Made by a program: the position numbers and the translations under genes
The notes under the pieces: model-generated
Databases searched by the model: none
Seen by the model: only the letters and a program-made list of their open reading frames with translations
What the model was told of the DNA's origin: nothing
Shown: positions 1 to 13,900 of the stretch, in pieces
Position numbering within the stretch: position 1 is the first letter of the stretch
Layout of the letters: every line of letters starts with the position of its first letter
Assembly (NCBI RefSeq): GCF_963921235.1
Contig: NC_086097.1
Location: 249,986,001 to 250,050,000 of the forward strand
DNA: 64,000 bases
Source: Mobula hypostoma
Lineage: Eukaryota
Direction of reading: 5' to 3'

Positions 1-400
1 GAAAGATGCAGTGAGCTGGGGCTTTTCTCTCTGGAGCAAAGGACAATGACAGGTGACTTGATAGAGGTGTAGAAGATGATAAGAGACAGATGGAGTTGAC
101 AACCAGAGATTTTTTTCCTGGGAGGAAATGGGTAATACAGGAGGACACAATTTTAAGGTGATAGGAGGAAAGTAGAGGGAGATGTCAGAGCTAGGTTCTT
201 TGCACAGAGAGTGGCCAGAGGTGATGGTAGAGGCAGATACATTAGAGGTATTTAAAGAAGTCCTAGATAGGCACATTGATGAACGAAAAATGGAGGCCGA
301 TGTAGGACGGAAGGGTTAGATTGATCTTGAATTAGGATAAAAGGACAGCACAACATCGTGGGCTGAAGGGTCTGTACTGTGCTGTAATGTTATATGTACT
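1..400 (+). mobile_element. CR1-type LINE 3' fragment
   Basis: Degenerate version of the ORF2 end and 3' UTR seen in the 4483-6626 copy (gggctgaagggtctgtactgtgctgtaatgtt). Confidence 0.8.
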
Positions 401-464
401 AGATATTGATAAGGTGTGGACTCCCGAGCAATAGGTGGATTGTAGAAGAATGATAGAAAATATT

Positions 465-1490
465 TCTTTTTTTCAAATCTTTTTATTATTATTATCCAAA
501 ATTAACAAGAGTACATCAAAATAAGCAACACTTACAATGTCTCAAGAAAAAAACCATTATTTTAAAGATTGAAAAAATTTTGGTGATTTAAAAAAAAGAG
601 AAAAAAAACCCTACTAAGCAAGAAAAAGTGAGGAAAAACCCCCCATTGGGTGTTCAACCCCGAGCCATGTGTCATACAAAAAGCTTATAAAGATAAACAT
701 CAAGCCGCCAGCAAGAAAAAAAAGTACCAAAAATTTACAATTAGATAATGGAGGAAATCTATCAATTAACTCAAATGATAATAACGAGCAAATGAACCCC
801 ATCTTTTCTCAAAATCAAACATAGGTTCAAAGGTTCGACTTCTAATTTTCTCTAAGCTAAGACATAGCATCACTTGAGAGAACCGTTGTGACAAAGTGGG
901 AGCCGATGTATCCTTCCACTTCAACAAAATGGTCCTCCTAGCTATCAATGTAACAAATGCAATAACATGTTGGTCAGACACAGAGATACCACGGATATTT
1001 TGAGGAATTATTCCAAAAAGCACAGTTAATTTGTTAAGTTATAAATTAATTTTAAGTGCTTTAGAAATTGTCAAAAAAACTGACTTCCAGAACTGTTCCA
1101 GTATGGAACAAGACCTAAACATCTGTGTCAGTGTAGCTGTCTCAGTTTTACATCTATCACAATAACTATCAACATTAGGGAATATTTTAGACAATCTCTC
1201 CTTCGTCAAATAGTAACAATGTACAATTTTAAATTGAATCAGTGAATGACTAGCACAGATCGAAGAAGAGTTAACCAGCTTCAGAATCGGCGTCCAATCC
1301 TCCGTCATAAAAGTCAAATTAAGTTCCTTTTCCAAATCTTGTTTAATCTTAGATCAAGGACACTTATCCCATTGTAATAGTAAATTATAAATTCTTCCAA
1401 TGGAACCCTTCATTGAAGAGTTCATACTCATAATAGTACCTAACAGGTCAGCATCCAATATGTAAGGAAAATTACTTAAATATTTCTTAA
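465..1490 (-). mobile_element. L1/Tx1-clade LINE 3' fragment
   Basis: ORFs 1039-1335 and 766-1023 give an ORF2 C-terminal Cys-rich region (QFKIVH...CDRCKTETATLTQMFRSC...FWKSV; ARRTILLKWK); T-rich tail near 465-485. Confidence 0.75.
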
Positions 1491-2411
1491 CGTTGGGCAG
1501 ACTTACAGGGTCTGTTTTTATCAAGTTTGTGCTAGATCCATCCAGGTGCTGAAATGTATTTCACAATTTGACATAATGTTCTGTGGACATGTTGAGAATT
1601 CATGCACAATAATATGGATGAGAAGGATTATAACTTCTGAGAGAAAGATTATGTATTGTGTTATTGATGAGGTAACTGTTAGCCTGATGATCTTGTGAAC
1701 TCTGGATGGAAAACTTGAGAAACTGCAATGTTAAACAAGGACAACAACTACTTAATGTGGTCTCAGCCCAAAATGTCACCTGTGCAATTCCCTCCATAGT
1801 TGCTGCCTTACCTGCTGTGTTCCTCCAACGTTGTGTGTATGTTGCTCTGGATTTCTAGCATCTGCAGAATCTCTTGTAGTTAATAGTTGCCTTTTTTCAT
1901 GTTTGAAACAGCTGAGTGGAATATAACCTGTGCTTAGAGTTCCATTGTTACTTGTTGGAAAGAATCACATAATTTTTTGAAGCTAACAAGATGCACTTGT
2001 GAAATGTTCAGCAACATACAACATGGATGCAATGCCACAATGCTGTTTTTAACTATATAATGGTGAAACTGGTTGCTATAGAGCTTCCTGAATTGTTAAT
2101 TTATGATTATAATAGTACAAGAAAGATGCATTTCAAAAACTATTTATTTATAGAGCAGGTACTCTGTAGATTTATAGTCTTATGTTTGCACATCAGTCAT
2201 ACTGTATATACACATAGGGATATTATTGGCAAATGTTGGTGCTCTGCTCGTCTGTCAAAAAATATACAATGTTCTGAATGAGGTCTGTTTCACATTTTTA
2301 TTGGTGGATTGACAAATTCCCTGCCATGGATGGAGATCACTTGCAAGTTCAGGTCAGTGGCTACAGAATAATGATCTGATCTTCTGGCAGCCATCAGTTC
2401 ACAGTCTTGTA

Positions 2412-2775
2412 CAGTGGATTCCAGCTAATTGGGCCATCAGCTAATCAGGGCAGCTGCTTATTTGGGACAACTCTTAGATTAGAACAAAAACTAATCAAGA
2501 AAATAACTGGGATTCCCTTAGTTTATTTGGGACACTATGCTGCTTAATTGGGACAGGAGACATGCTGAGCAGTTTCTAACTAGTGTCAGTTTTATCGAGG
2601 TGTTCTAATTTGTTTTGTTTCTCGTTTAAATACGTAATTTGTTACTCAGTTAAATGGTAGTTTGACTTTCATACCTTTTTGACTTTTTCCATGAAACTTC
2701 AGCTAATTGTGGCAGCCGCTTAATTGAGCCAAAATGTACTAGTTCCAACGTACCCCAATCAACCAGAATCCTCTG
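2412..2775. mobile_element. pogo/Tigger-like MITE
   Basis: Imperfect TIRs cagtggattccagctaattggg / cccaatcaaccagaatcctctg; TA on the left. Confidence 0.6.
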
Positions 2776-3358
2776 TTTTAATATGAACAATTATATTCAG
2801 AAACTACTTTAGAGTGATTTTACATGTTTCTGGAAGGAACCATTTGGAGTTCAGGAAATATTAGCAAAGAAACATTGCTCTATTTGTCATTTTTAAAAAT
2901 GTAGTCAATTGCCTAATGACTTCTATTTGCATTGCAGAAATTAAATTCTGCACTGCAGACAGTTAGAACTGCTATTCAGCAGCAAAAAGACGCAGTTAAC
3001 AGAGCATTTGGATTTGCAGAAACTGCAGTCTTCAGTCAGGACTTTTAATCTTAACCAGTTAACCTTGTGAATAAAAGTGTTTTGTTGTGGATTCTGCTTA
3101 GGAGTAAAGTTGAGCCCTTGATGCTCTTTAAGTTTGAATCTGGAGCTGAACTACTTTATCTCCCCTCAAACCACATTCAATGTGAATTCATAACTTTTTA
3201 TGACTACTCACACTACAAGGCGATTCATAAGATTAAAAAAAACAATCAATTTTCCAACTATCAAACAAGAGAAAATTTGCAGATGCTGGAAATCTAAGCA
3301 ACACACACAAAATGCTGCAGGAACTTGGCAGGCCAGGCAGCATATACAGAAAACAGTA

Positions 3359-3395
3359 CAGTCGACGTTTCGGCCGAAACTCTTCGGCAGGACTG
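3359..3395 (-). ncRNA. Hammerhead ribozyme motif, variant core (CUGCCGA)
   Basis: CAGUC-CUGCCGA-AGAGUUUCGGCC-GAAA-CGUC-GACUG; core A6 altered and stem II weak. Confidence 0.45.
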
Positions 3396-4482
3396 GATAA
3401 AAAAAGCTGAGGAGCTTAAAAGCTGGGAGGAGGGGAGAGAGAACCACCAGGTGATAGGTGAAAGCTGGAGCGGAGGGATGAAGTAAAGAGCTGGGACGTT
3501 GATTGGTGAAAGAGACAGAAGGCCATGGAAGAAAGAAAAAGGGAGAAGGAACACCAGAGGGAGGTGATGGGCGGGCAAGGAGACAAGCTGAGAGAGGGAA
3601 AAGGGGATGGAAAATGGAGAGGTGGGGGCAGGGCCCGGGGGCATTACCAGAAGTTAGAGAAATCGATGTTCATGGCATCAGGTTGGGGGCTACCCAAACA
3701 GAAACTTCCACCATTTCTAATGGGATCCCATCACCAAGCATATCTCCCCTTCCCCCCCCCTTTCTGCTTTTCACAGGATCGTTCCTTACACGACTCCCTT
3801 GTCCATTCATCCCTCCCTACTGATCTCCCTCCTGGCACTTATCCGTGCAAATGGAACAAGTACAACACCTGTCCCTACACCTCTTCCTTCACTAACATTC
3901 AGGCCTCAAGTGGTCCTTCCAGGTGAGATGACACTTCACCTGTGAGTCGGTTGGGGTCATACACTGTGTTCGGTGCTCCCAGTGTGACCTCTAATATATC
4001 GATGAGACCCGACGTGGATTGCGAGACTACTGAGCCGAGCATCTATGCTCCGTCCGTCAGAACAAGTGGGTTCTCCCAGTGGCCACCCATTTTAAACCAT
4101 TTCCCATTCCCATTTCGATATATCCATCCATGGCCTCCTCCACTGTCGTGATGAGGTCACACTTAGGTTGGAGGAACAACACCTTATTTTCCGTTTGGGC
4201 AGCCTCCAGCCTGGTGGCATGAACATCAATATCTCTAACTTCCGGTAATGCTCTCCAAACCCCCCCCCCCCCCACCGTCCGTTTCCCATCCCTTTTTCTT
4301 TCTCTCACCTCGTCTCCTTGCCTACCCATCACCTCGCTCTGGTGCTCCTTCCCCCTTTTTCTTCCATGGCCTTCTGTCTCTTTCACCAACCAATTTCCCA
4401 GCTCTACTTCATCCCTCCCCATCCAGGTTTCACCTATCACCTGGTGGTTCTCTCTCCTCTCCTCCCAGTTTTAAAATCTACT

Positions 4483-6626
4483 TAAAAGGCAAATTATGAG
4501 GCTACAAGGCTAGAACTTGCGGGTGTGAATTGGGATGATGTTTTTGCAGGGAAATGTACTATGGACATGTGGTCGATGTTTAGAGATCTCTTGCAGGATG
4601 TTAGGGATAAATTTGTCCCAGTGAGGAAGATAAAGAATGGTAGGGTGAAGGAACCATGGGTGACAAGTGAGGTGGAAAATCTAGTCAGGTAGAAGAAGGC
4701 AGCATACATGAGGTTTAGGAAGCAAGGATCAGATGGGCCTATTGAGGAATATAGGGAAGCAAGAAAGGAGCTTAAGAAGGGGCTGAGAAGAGCAAGAAGG
4801 GGGCATGAGAAGGCCTTGGCGAGTAGGATAAAGGAAAACCCCAAGGCATTCTTCAATTATGTGAAGAATAAAAGGATGACAGAAGTGAAGGTAGGACCAA
4901 TTAGAGATAAAGGTGGGAAGATGTGCCTGGAGGCTGTGGAAGTGAGTGAAGTCCTCAATGAATAGTTCTCTTTGGTATTCACCAATGAGAGGGAACTTGA
5001 TGAAGGTGAGGACAATATGAGTGAGTATGTTGATATTAAGGGAGAGGAGGTGTTGGAGTTGTTAAAATACATTAGGATGGATAAGTCCCCAGGGCCTGAC
5101 AGTATATTCCCCAGGCTACTCCACGAGGTGAGAGAAGAGATTACTGAGCCTCTGGCTAGGATCTTTATGTCCGCGTTGTCTACGGGAATGGTACCGGAGG
5201 ACTGGAGGGAGGCGAATGTTGTCCCCTTGTTCAAAAAAGGTAGTAGGGATAGTCCGGGTAATTATAGACCAGTGAGCCTTACGTCTGTGGTGGGAAAGCT
5301 GTTGGAAAAGATTCTTCGAGATAGGATCTCTGGGCATTTAGAGAATCATGGTCTGATCAGGGACAGTCAGCATGGCTTTGTAAAGGGCAGATCATGTCTA
5401 ACAATCCTGATAGAGTTCTTTGAGGAGGTGACCAGGCATATAGATGAGGGTAGTGCAGTGGATGTGATCTATATGGATTTTAGTAAGGCATTTGACAAGG
5501 TTCCACACGGTAGGCTTATTCAGAAAGTCAGAAGGCGTGGGATCCAGGGAAGTTTGGCCAGGTGGATTCAGAATTGGCTTGCCTGCAGAAGGCAGAGGGT
5601 GGTGGTGGAGGGAGTACATTCAGATTGGAGGGTTGTGACTAGTGGTATCCCACAAGGATCTGTTCTGGGATCTCTTCTTTTCGTGATTTTTATTAACGAC
5701 CTGGATGTGGGGGTAGAAGGGTGGGTTGGCAAGTTTGCAGACGACACAAAGGTTGGTGGTGTTGTAGATAGTGTAGAGGATTGTCGAAGATTGCAGAGAG
5801 ACATTGATAGGATGCAGAAGTGGGCTGAGAAGTGGCAGATGGATTTCAACCCGGAGAAGTGTGAGGTGGTACACTTTGGAAGGACAAACTCCAAGGCAGA
5901 GTACAAAGTAAATGGCAGGATTCTTGGTAGTGTGGAGGAGCAGAGGGATCTGGGGATACATATCCACAGATCCCTGAAAGTTGCCTCACAGGTGGATAGG
6001 GTAGTTAAGAAAGCTTATGGGGTGTTGGCTTTCATAAGTCGAGGGATAGAGTTTAAGAGTTGCGATGTAATGATGCAGCTCTATAAAACTCTGGTTAGGC
6101 CACACTTGGAGTACTGTATCCAGTTCTGGTCGCCTCACTAGAGGAAGGATGTGGAAGCATTGGAAAGGGTACAGAGGAGATTTACCAGGATGCTGTCTGG
6201 TTTAGAGAGTATGCATTATGATCAGAGATTAAGGGAGCTAGGGATTTACTCTTTGGAGAGAAGGAGGATGAGAGGAGACATGATAGAGTTGTACAAAATA
6301 ATAAGAGGAATAGATAGAGTGGATAGCCAGTGCCTCTTCCCCAGGGCACCACTGCTCAATACGAGAGGACATGGCTTTAAGCTAAGGGGTGGGAAGTTCA
6401 AGGGGAATATTAGAGGAAGGTTTTTTACTCAGAGAGTGGTTGGTGCGTGGAATGCACTGCCTGAGTCAGTGGTGGAGGCAGATACACTAGTGAAGTTTAA
6501 GAGACTACTGGACAGGTATATGGAGGAACTTAAGGTGGGGGCTTATATGGGAGGCAGGGTTTGAGGGTCGGCACAACGTTGTGGGCCGAAGGGCCTGTAA
6601 TGTGCTGTACTATTCTATGTTCTATG
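4483..6626 (+). mobile_element. CR1-type LINE, 5'-truncated, relatively young (few in-frame stops)
   Basis: RT motifs [34 protein letters not shown] in ORF 4972-6141; (ttctatg)n tail; possible 4-bp TSD tact. Confidence 0.95.
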
Positions 6627-6647
6627 TACTCCTCAGCTTTTTCTCTC

Positions 6648-6685
6648 CAGTCCTGGTGAAGGGTCTTGGCTCGAAATGTTGACTG
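6648..6685 (+). ncRNA. Degenerate hammerhead ribozyme motif
   Basis: CAGUC-CUGGUGA-AGGGUCUUGGCUC-GAAA-UGUU-GACUG; core mutated. Confidence 0.4.
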
Positions 6686-7089
6686 TATTCTTTTCCATAG
6701 ATATTGCCTGGTCTGCTGAGTTCCTCCAGCATTTTGTGTGTTGCTCAATTTTCCAAGTATGTTCATGGTTGACAGCTTTAATCAGATCAAGGGTGACTTG
6801 CATCCAATTCAGTTCTCAGGAATGGAAGATAACTTTGAGACATTTTTTTACTGAGAGTAGCAAAACAGCTAGGATGAATGGTGAGGTCTTCGTCCGATGC
6901 CAAGTAGACCCCTCTTGGCTCTCTCTTCTCAGCTTTCTCACCACTTCATTCAACAAAACCCAATAGCATCCTCCCGATACTCATTATCCTTCAGCCTATA
7001 TGTGCAAGCAGATGTGTATTTTTGACTATTGCTTACTTTTCCAAAGGACAACCAATGATGGATTAAACACATAGTGTTGTTCTCGGTGC

Positions 7090-7650
7090 CTCATGGAGTA
7101 TTGTGAGCAGTTTTGGGCCCCTTATCTTGGAAGGGATGTGCTGAAACTGGAGAGGGTTTGAAGGAGATTCATGAAAATGATTCCAGGAGTGAATGGCTTG
7201 TCATATAAAGAGCATTTGATGACTCTGGACCTTTATTCACTGGAATTCAGAAGAATAAGGGGTGACCTCATTGAAACCTATTGAATGGTGAAAGACCCTG
7301 ATAGGGTGGTTGTGGAGAAGATGTTCCTGTGGTGGGAAAGTCTTAAGACCAGAGGACACAGCCTCAAAATAGAGGGGGTGTCCTTTTAGAACAGAGATGA
7401 GGATTTTTTTTTAGCCAGAGAATGGTGAATCTGTAGAATGCTACAGGTGACTTTGGAGGCCAACCCTTTATGTATATTTAAGGCAGAGGTTGATAGACTC
7501 TTGGTTGGTCAGGGCATGAAGGGATAAGGAGGAAGCCAGGAGATTGGGGCTGAATGGAAAATTGGATCAGCTATGAAAAAATGGCGGAGCAGATTTGATG
7601 GGCCAAATGGCCTAATTCTGCTCCTATATTTTATGGTCTTATGGTCTTGT
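7090..7650 (+). mobile_element. CR1-type LINE 3' fragment (ttatggtc tail subfamily)
   Basis: LEYCEQFWAPYL-like coding and 3' UTR ending ttatggtcttatggtc. Confidence 0.8.
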
Positions 7651-7908
7651 GTGCAGATTTGGATTGTGTAGCCAACATACAGCATAGTTTTGCCATGTTG
7701 CCCAAAACTACTGGAAAAGATCCTTGTCCTGTTTGACAGGGGCAATTTTTCTTCTAGTTTTAGTGCAGCGACTGAAGTAAATCATATATTTGTTTCGTTT
7801 AAGTATTATATCCCTCCCATCCTTGATCCCCTTCAGTAAATTGCTTGAATTAGTGCAGCCGCTCAATGAATGAATTTGAATGAATGCTGTATACTGAACT
7901 GTCATTTA

Positions 7909-7930
7909 CTTTTGATTTCTATCTTTGTAC
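7909..7930 (+). other. Putative U12-type 3' splice site (AC acceptor) with weak branch-like CTTTTGAT
   Basis: TAF2 homology and a 55-nt in-phase exon place the boundary after AC at 7929-7930; candidate branch A at 7915. Confidence 0.7.
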
Positions 7931-7985
7931 AACTCACCAGGTGGTCTGCATAACTAATATAAACTTTCAGAGGAAGTCTGTTATA
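7931..7985 (+). CDS. TAF2: TAF2 exon 2 (55 nt; [18 protein letters not shown])
   Basis: Donor GTAAGT at 7986; preceded by ...ctttgtAC (non-canonical acceptor). Confidence 0.88.
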
Positions 7986-10900
7986 GTAAGTAATCAGCTT
8001 TTCTCCCCCCAATTTTTTTTTGCACAAAATACAAATTCAGACATTCTAAACAGAGCTCTTTTATGTTTTATGTTTACAGGGATATGTGGAGTTGACCATT
8101 TTCCCATTACTTGCCAACCTCAGTAGAATTAAACTGAATAGCAAGCAATGTCGGATTTACAGAGTACGAATAAATGACTTGGAAGCTGCTTTCATTTACA
8201 ATGACCCCACCCTGGAGGTCTGCCACCATGAATCAAAGCAGTGAGTATGTCTCAAATTAAGAATGACAGAATACGTTATGAAAAGAGCAGAGAGAGAAAG
8301 CTGGGCTTTTAAGTGGAAAAGGGGCCAAGGCATCTCAGTCTAAGAAATCCTCATTGTATGTTGAACACAACCTCTTCCTAATTTTGCAACTTAACATTTT
8401 TTAATTAAGAAATCTGTTAATGTTATCAGTCATATTTGCTGGCTACGGCATGATTTTATTGGATGACAGAGCAGGCATGGTGGTATGAATGGCTCGCTCC
8501 TACTGTTTTTACAATCTGAGGTTCAGCTCTGGAACACTAATATGATGTAAGATGTAAAATAACAATTGTCTCTGTATCCTGCTTCTCTTTCTTCACTTGT
8601 AAATGGTTTGTATTGGGATGTGGTCTCCAGGAGCTGGCAGTCAGAATGTCATTTCCTCAGATATGGATTTTGGAAATACCTTTTTGGGAGGCTATATTAC
8701 AGTGATCATGGGCTGTGTAACCAAATGTTCCAACATCTGCACTTCCAACATGATCTGCTGGAATACCAGGCTAACTAGGCACTGTAAAGAATGCTTCAGT
8801 ACCCCACTATCATCATGGTCGGTATCAAACATGTAAACATTTGCCCAACAGATATAAAATTTCAATGTGGCACAACCAAACCATTAGTGGGCTGTTTCTT
8901 TATAATTTGACATTGTAATTTATGTTATTAATCTAAATAATATGGAGCACAGGGATATTCTGAGAAATTGGTTTGGAACTTGAAGTGAACATCGTTCTAG
9001 GATCAGTATGGAGACAGGTCCCTTGGCCTAATGTGTCCATACTGACCTATCTAATCCCAGCTGCCTGTGGTTGGACCATGTTATGACAAGTGGGTCCCAT
9101 ATGGCCTACTTGGATCTGTCCAAATGTTTTTTTTCACTGAGAGGCGGCAGCTCTAACAGCAGCCACACCCACTTCACTTTCCAAATTCAACAAAACATGG
9201 GTTTAATACAAGAGATGTGTGTTAAAGATAAAAAGAATGTGTTAATTAGTGAATCATTCTAAAGCCTTGGAAAATTAATTGCTGGGTCAGGAACAACTTT
9301 GTGTCTGGCTGCCTTATGCAAACCTTTGTATAAAATGACAATGGTTTAGGTAGAAATGCTGTAAGAGACATAGAGCTTTTATTTCTCTGAAAATATTAAA
9401 CCTAGTCAGTTGTCTTCTGTTAAAAACACCAAATATGGACATAAAGCACAGCCAGAAAGATGTCCGGCTGAAATACGGAATTAGCTGTATGGTGTGGTGT
9501 GGCTGACTGAAGTGTGACTCTGCTGAAAGATATAAAATGATAGATGTGCCAGAGTTTCCATAGTTACAGACAAGTAAAAGAAATCGTGTTTAGGTAATTT
9601 GAAGTTTAAACATGAAGAGTAATATTGGTGTAATTTTGAATTTAAAGTGAGAACATCAATGTTTGTCTGATTATAGAAGTGGTGCCAATTTTATAATTGC
9701 ATTTGAAGTGATAATGTATCTGATTATCTCTGCAATTTTTATAGCAAACGGAATTTTATTTTTCAATTTGTGTGATGATTCTGGCAAAGTTTAAGAAACA
9801 TTCAGAGCACAAATCATTGATACTTATTAAATTTGGATTGAGCACACGGAATTTTCTCCGCAATTTTGAAATTCTATTGATTTGCTGATGAGCTGAGAGT
9901 ATTGCTGTATTTCAACAAGTGAAACAAATATACTTTCATTTCTTCTTTTGTATTCTAGGCGAAATCTGAATTATTTTTCCAATGCCTATGCAGCAGCAGT
10001 CAGCGCTGTTGATCCTGACACTGGAAATGGAGAACTTTGTATCAAGGTTCCATCTGAACTGTGGAAACATGTTGACGGTAAGTATAAGTGGGCACCGCAG
10101 AATGCAGACTTCCAGTCAATTATTTGTGGCATTGGATGATCCACTTGGAAATCAGGTTTATATATGTGCATGCAATGGATCCGACTGTTTAATTCTTTGA
10201 TTAGACTGTTTAATTGTTAACAATCAATTATCTGCTTGTATTTTATAATATTTATTATATACACGTAATAGTTTATTATGTTTCCTAGTGGCTACAATAG
10301 GTATTTGCAAGTTTAATATGCCTTCAGTACAAAGTATAACAAAGAATAATTCTGGAAAGCTCTGGAAGCTTCTTTCTACTACATTATTTGAATAATGACT
10401 TTCTAATTTGTTAACTCTTATTTACAAATTTGAATGGAATTTTCCTTATGGGTATAAATAGCTGTTCTATGTTTGGCACCTTATTAAGTTACTTTGTCTC
10501 TCTCTCTTTGTTTAGTAGATCTCTATCACTGTCTCTTCAATTTTCCCTTGTTCTGTCAGTGCTTAATAAAACATTTGTGAAGCAACAAGTTTTATGCCAC
10601 TTCCCTGACTTCTGAAAGAGCCCTGGATCAAAAACATCAGAATCTAACAATGGCAACGTTATTAACTGAATTCAATAAATTCATTCTTCACTGGCATGGC
10701 ACCAAATAATCTTATTATATATTTCAAATAAATATAAAGGATGCAGGAGAATGAACATTTGTTGAACTTGTGGAGTTAATTAATGCTGACATGAACAAGC
10801 AGCTCCAGGGGTGATAGAAGCAACTTCCATCATGGATTTCAGAAAGACAAAGCAGACTGTGATGAAACAATAATTAGGTCTACAATGCTCTTTGGGTGAA

Positions 10901-13900
10901 TTCTCAGGGAGAATATGCTGAATACAATAAGTTGAGAGGAGAAGTGAAGGACTAGTGAAAAGAGATTGAAACCAGACTGCACTTAGCTTAAGTCATAGTC
11001 ATACTCATACTTTATTGATCCCGGGGGAAATTGATTTTCGTTACAGTTGCACCATAAATAATAAATAGTAATAGAACCATAAATAGTTAAATAGTAATAT
11101 GTAAGTTATGCCAGTAAATTATGAATTAAGTCCAGGACCAGCCTATTGGCTCAGGGTGTCTGACCCTCCAAGGGAGGAGTTGTAAAGTTTGATGGCCACG
11201 GGCAGGAATGACTTCCTATGATGCTCTGTGTTGCATCTCGGTGGAATGAGTCTCTGGCTGAATGTACTCCTGTGCCCACCCAGTACATTATGTAGTGGAT
11301 GGGAGACATTGTCCAAGATGGCATGCAACTTAGACAGCATCCTCTTTTCAGACACCACCGTGAGAGAGTCCAGTTCCATCCCCACAACATCACTGGCAAC
11401 TCGAAAAATATTCAATGGGCATGTAAATGTCAGCATGCAGACCAAGGCAGGGTAGAACCAGTTATGGGTGAAGGTGATGTAGTGTTAAAGATACAGACAG
11501 GACAAAGCTTGAATATTCAATGAGTACCTTACCTTGCTGTTTTTCAAGGAAGGATCTATATATTAAATTTGCAAATCATTTGAGAGATCAATAATTGAAT
11601 AATATCAAGCATTTTTGTCAATTGTAGAAGACTACATTATACCACTCTCTTAGAAATGTACTATCATTGCTATCTGGTTTACATTATTAGAGATGAAAGT
11701 TTTGAAGGTGTATATAGAATTTTCCTTGGACCAGCCAAAAGGAGGGCTTCATTTTGTTGTGCCCAATGTTGAAGGCAGCATGGCTGAGCGAGGTGCACAT
11801 GTCTTTTCCTTTGGCTATGAAAACTGTACAAGGTGAGTATTTCTACTCTTGAGAGTTTCTATAATGCTCTTTCTATTGAGCACATTTGTAAATGTGTTGC
11901 TATAACCATTTGGACCATTGAGTTTGCATGTGTCTTAAAAGAGCAATCTAATCAACCCCATTCCCCTACTCTTTCTACCAAATCTCTACTGACTTAATTT
12001 TTCACCTGTTTTTGAAAGGTGCTTTTGACCAAGCTTATACCTCTTTTAATCAATGTGTTTGAGAACTTCACAAATTATTTTTACTTGTTTAGAGATACAG
12101 CACAGTAACAGGCCCTTCCAGCCCATGAGCCCGTGCCACCCAATTACACCCTTGTGACCAATTCACCTACAAGTCCATATGTGTTTGGAATATGGGAGAG
12201 AACCGGTGTACCCAAAAGAAACACGCGATCATGGGGACAATGTGCAGATTATTTATGGCGGGATTTGAAACCATATTACTGGTGCTGTAGTGGCATTACG
12301 CTAACAGCTACATTGTTGTGCTGCCCCCAGTTGATGCACCAAATTAAACACTTATTTTCACTTCTGATTCTTTGACCAGTTGTCTTAAACCTGTCTTCAT
12401 TTTTGGAAATAGGTATCATTATTAAAGCTTTTAAATATTCTGAATGGTTTTATTTATTTATTTATTGAGATACAGTGTGGAATAGGCCCTTCCCAGTAAA
12501 CCCCTCCCACTGATTTAACCTCAGTCTAATCACAGGACAATTTACAATGACCAGTTAATCTACTAACCGGCATGTCCTTGTACTCTGGGAGGAAACCGAG
12601 TACCCGGAGAAAACCTACTCATTCCAGGGGGAGGACCCGGAGAAAATCTACTCATTCTAGGGGGAGGACGTACAGACTCCTTGCCGATGACATTGGAATT
12701 GGACTCTGAACTCCAACGCTCCGAGCCGTTATAATGTCATGCTAACCACTACGCTACCATGGCACCAATTCAAAATTGTCATTTTAATTGTCGTTGGCAT
12801 TTCCTTTAGTAGTCTATACCACAGCGTTGGAGATGAATATTTATAATTCCAGTAAATTGCAAGAGGTAATAATTGTAGTTTCTTGAAGTGCTGTGTGGTT
12901 AAAGTTTCCAGGTTTAAAATAGTGTTCCAATTAGTTTATGGTCTTAATCACATTGAATAGATAGGGTTTTAAATGGAGGGCATTGTTTAGCATCTAAGGA
13001 AAGAACAAAAGAGAGCACAAATTTTAACATAGTGCAAATTCAGTCTTTGAATTTACTGAAAAGAAGGATCTTTAAGTGTCTTGACTGTTTATACTTTTCT
13101 ATTTTCTAAATTGTATAGGTTTTGGTTTCCTTGTGTGGATTCTTTCTCCGAACTATGCACATGGAAATTGGAGTTCACGGTTGATGCGGCCATGGTAGCT
13201 GTTTCCAATGGAGATTTGGTGGAGTCTGTTTATACCCATGATATGAGGAAAAAAACTTTTCATTACATGTTAACCATCCCAACAGCAGCTCCAAACATTT
13301 CATTGGCTGTTGGCCCCTTTGAAATACTGGTTGATCCTTACATGCACGAAGTAAGTGAAATTAAATTATTTTGTTTGCTTGTTAGGAATCTGGAACATCA
13401 GCTTTAGTGTATTAAAAGAACAGATAACCTGCATTTTGACTAGTTTTATGCTACATATTTTATATGTTTCCACACTTCTTAAAACATAGAGTCATAGAAC
13501 ACTACAGCATAGAAACAAGGCCTTTCGGCCCATCTATTCTTTGCCAAACTAATATACTGCTTAGTTCTGTTAACCTGTACCCAGTCTGTAGTCCTCCATA
13601 CCCCCCCATCCATGTACCTATCCAAATTTCTCTTAAATGTTGAAATCAAACCCTTATCCACCTCTTATGCTGACAGTTTGTTCCATACTCTCACCATCAC
13701 CCTCATGTTCCCCTTAAACCTTTCAGCCTTAACCTATGACCTCTAGTTCTAGTCTGACCCAACCACTGGGAAAAAACCTGCATACATTTACCCTACCCAT
13801 ACCCCTCATAATTTTGTATACTTCAACTCTCACCTCATTCTCCTTCACTCGAGGAAATAAAGTCCTAACCTCTTTAGCCTTTGCCTACAACGCTGGTACT

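Larger units (their letters stand above)
3262..6744. mobile_element. Penelope-like retroelement with inverted terminal repeats and decayed GIY-YIG endonuclease remnant, interrupted by a CR1
   Basis: 3941-4060 reads CESVGVIHCVRCSQCDL*YIDETRR (GIY-YIG-like); inverted arms; 16-bp TSD tcaattttccaa(c/g)tat at 3246-3261 and 6745-6760. Confidence 0.8.

Noticed and set aside
908..916. GTATCCTTC as the U12 donor of TAF2 intron 1
   Set aside because: It lies inside the antisense L1 fragment and the upstream sequence does not encode the TAF2 N-terminus; exon 1 is not in the window.
4972..6141. 389-aa RT ORF as an active retrotransposon or prokaryotic retron/DGR-type system
   Set aside because: Ordinary 5'-truncated CR1 ORF2 with stops on both sides and no ORF1 or endonuclease; context is vertebrate intron.
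7938..7940. CAG as the canonical acceptor for exon 2
   Set aside because: It would remove conserved THQ and change the phase relative to the expected exon 1 junction; kept only as an alternative to test.
10215..10649. LTR-like segment (TATAAATA at ~10453, AATAAA at ~10565, ends TAACA)
   Set aside because: I could not find a matching TG start or TSD.
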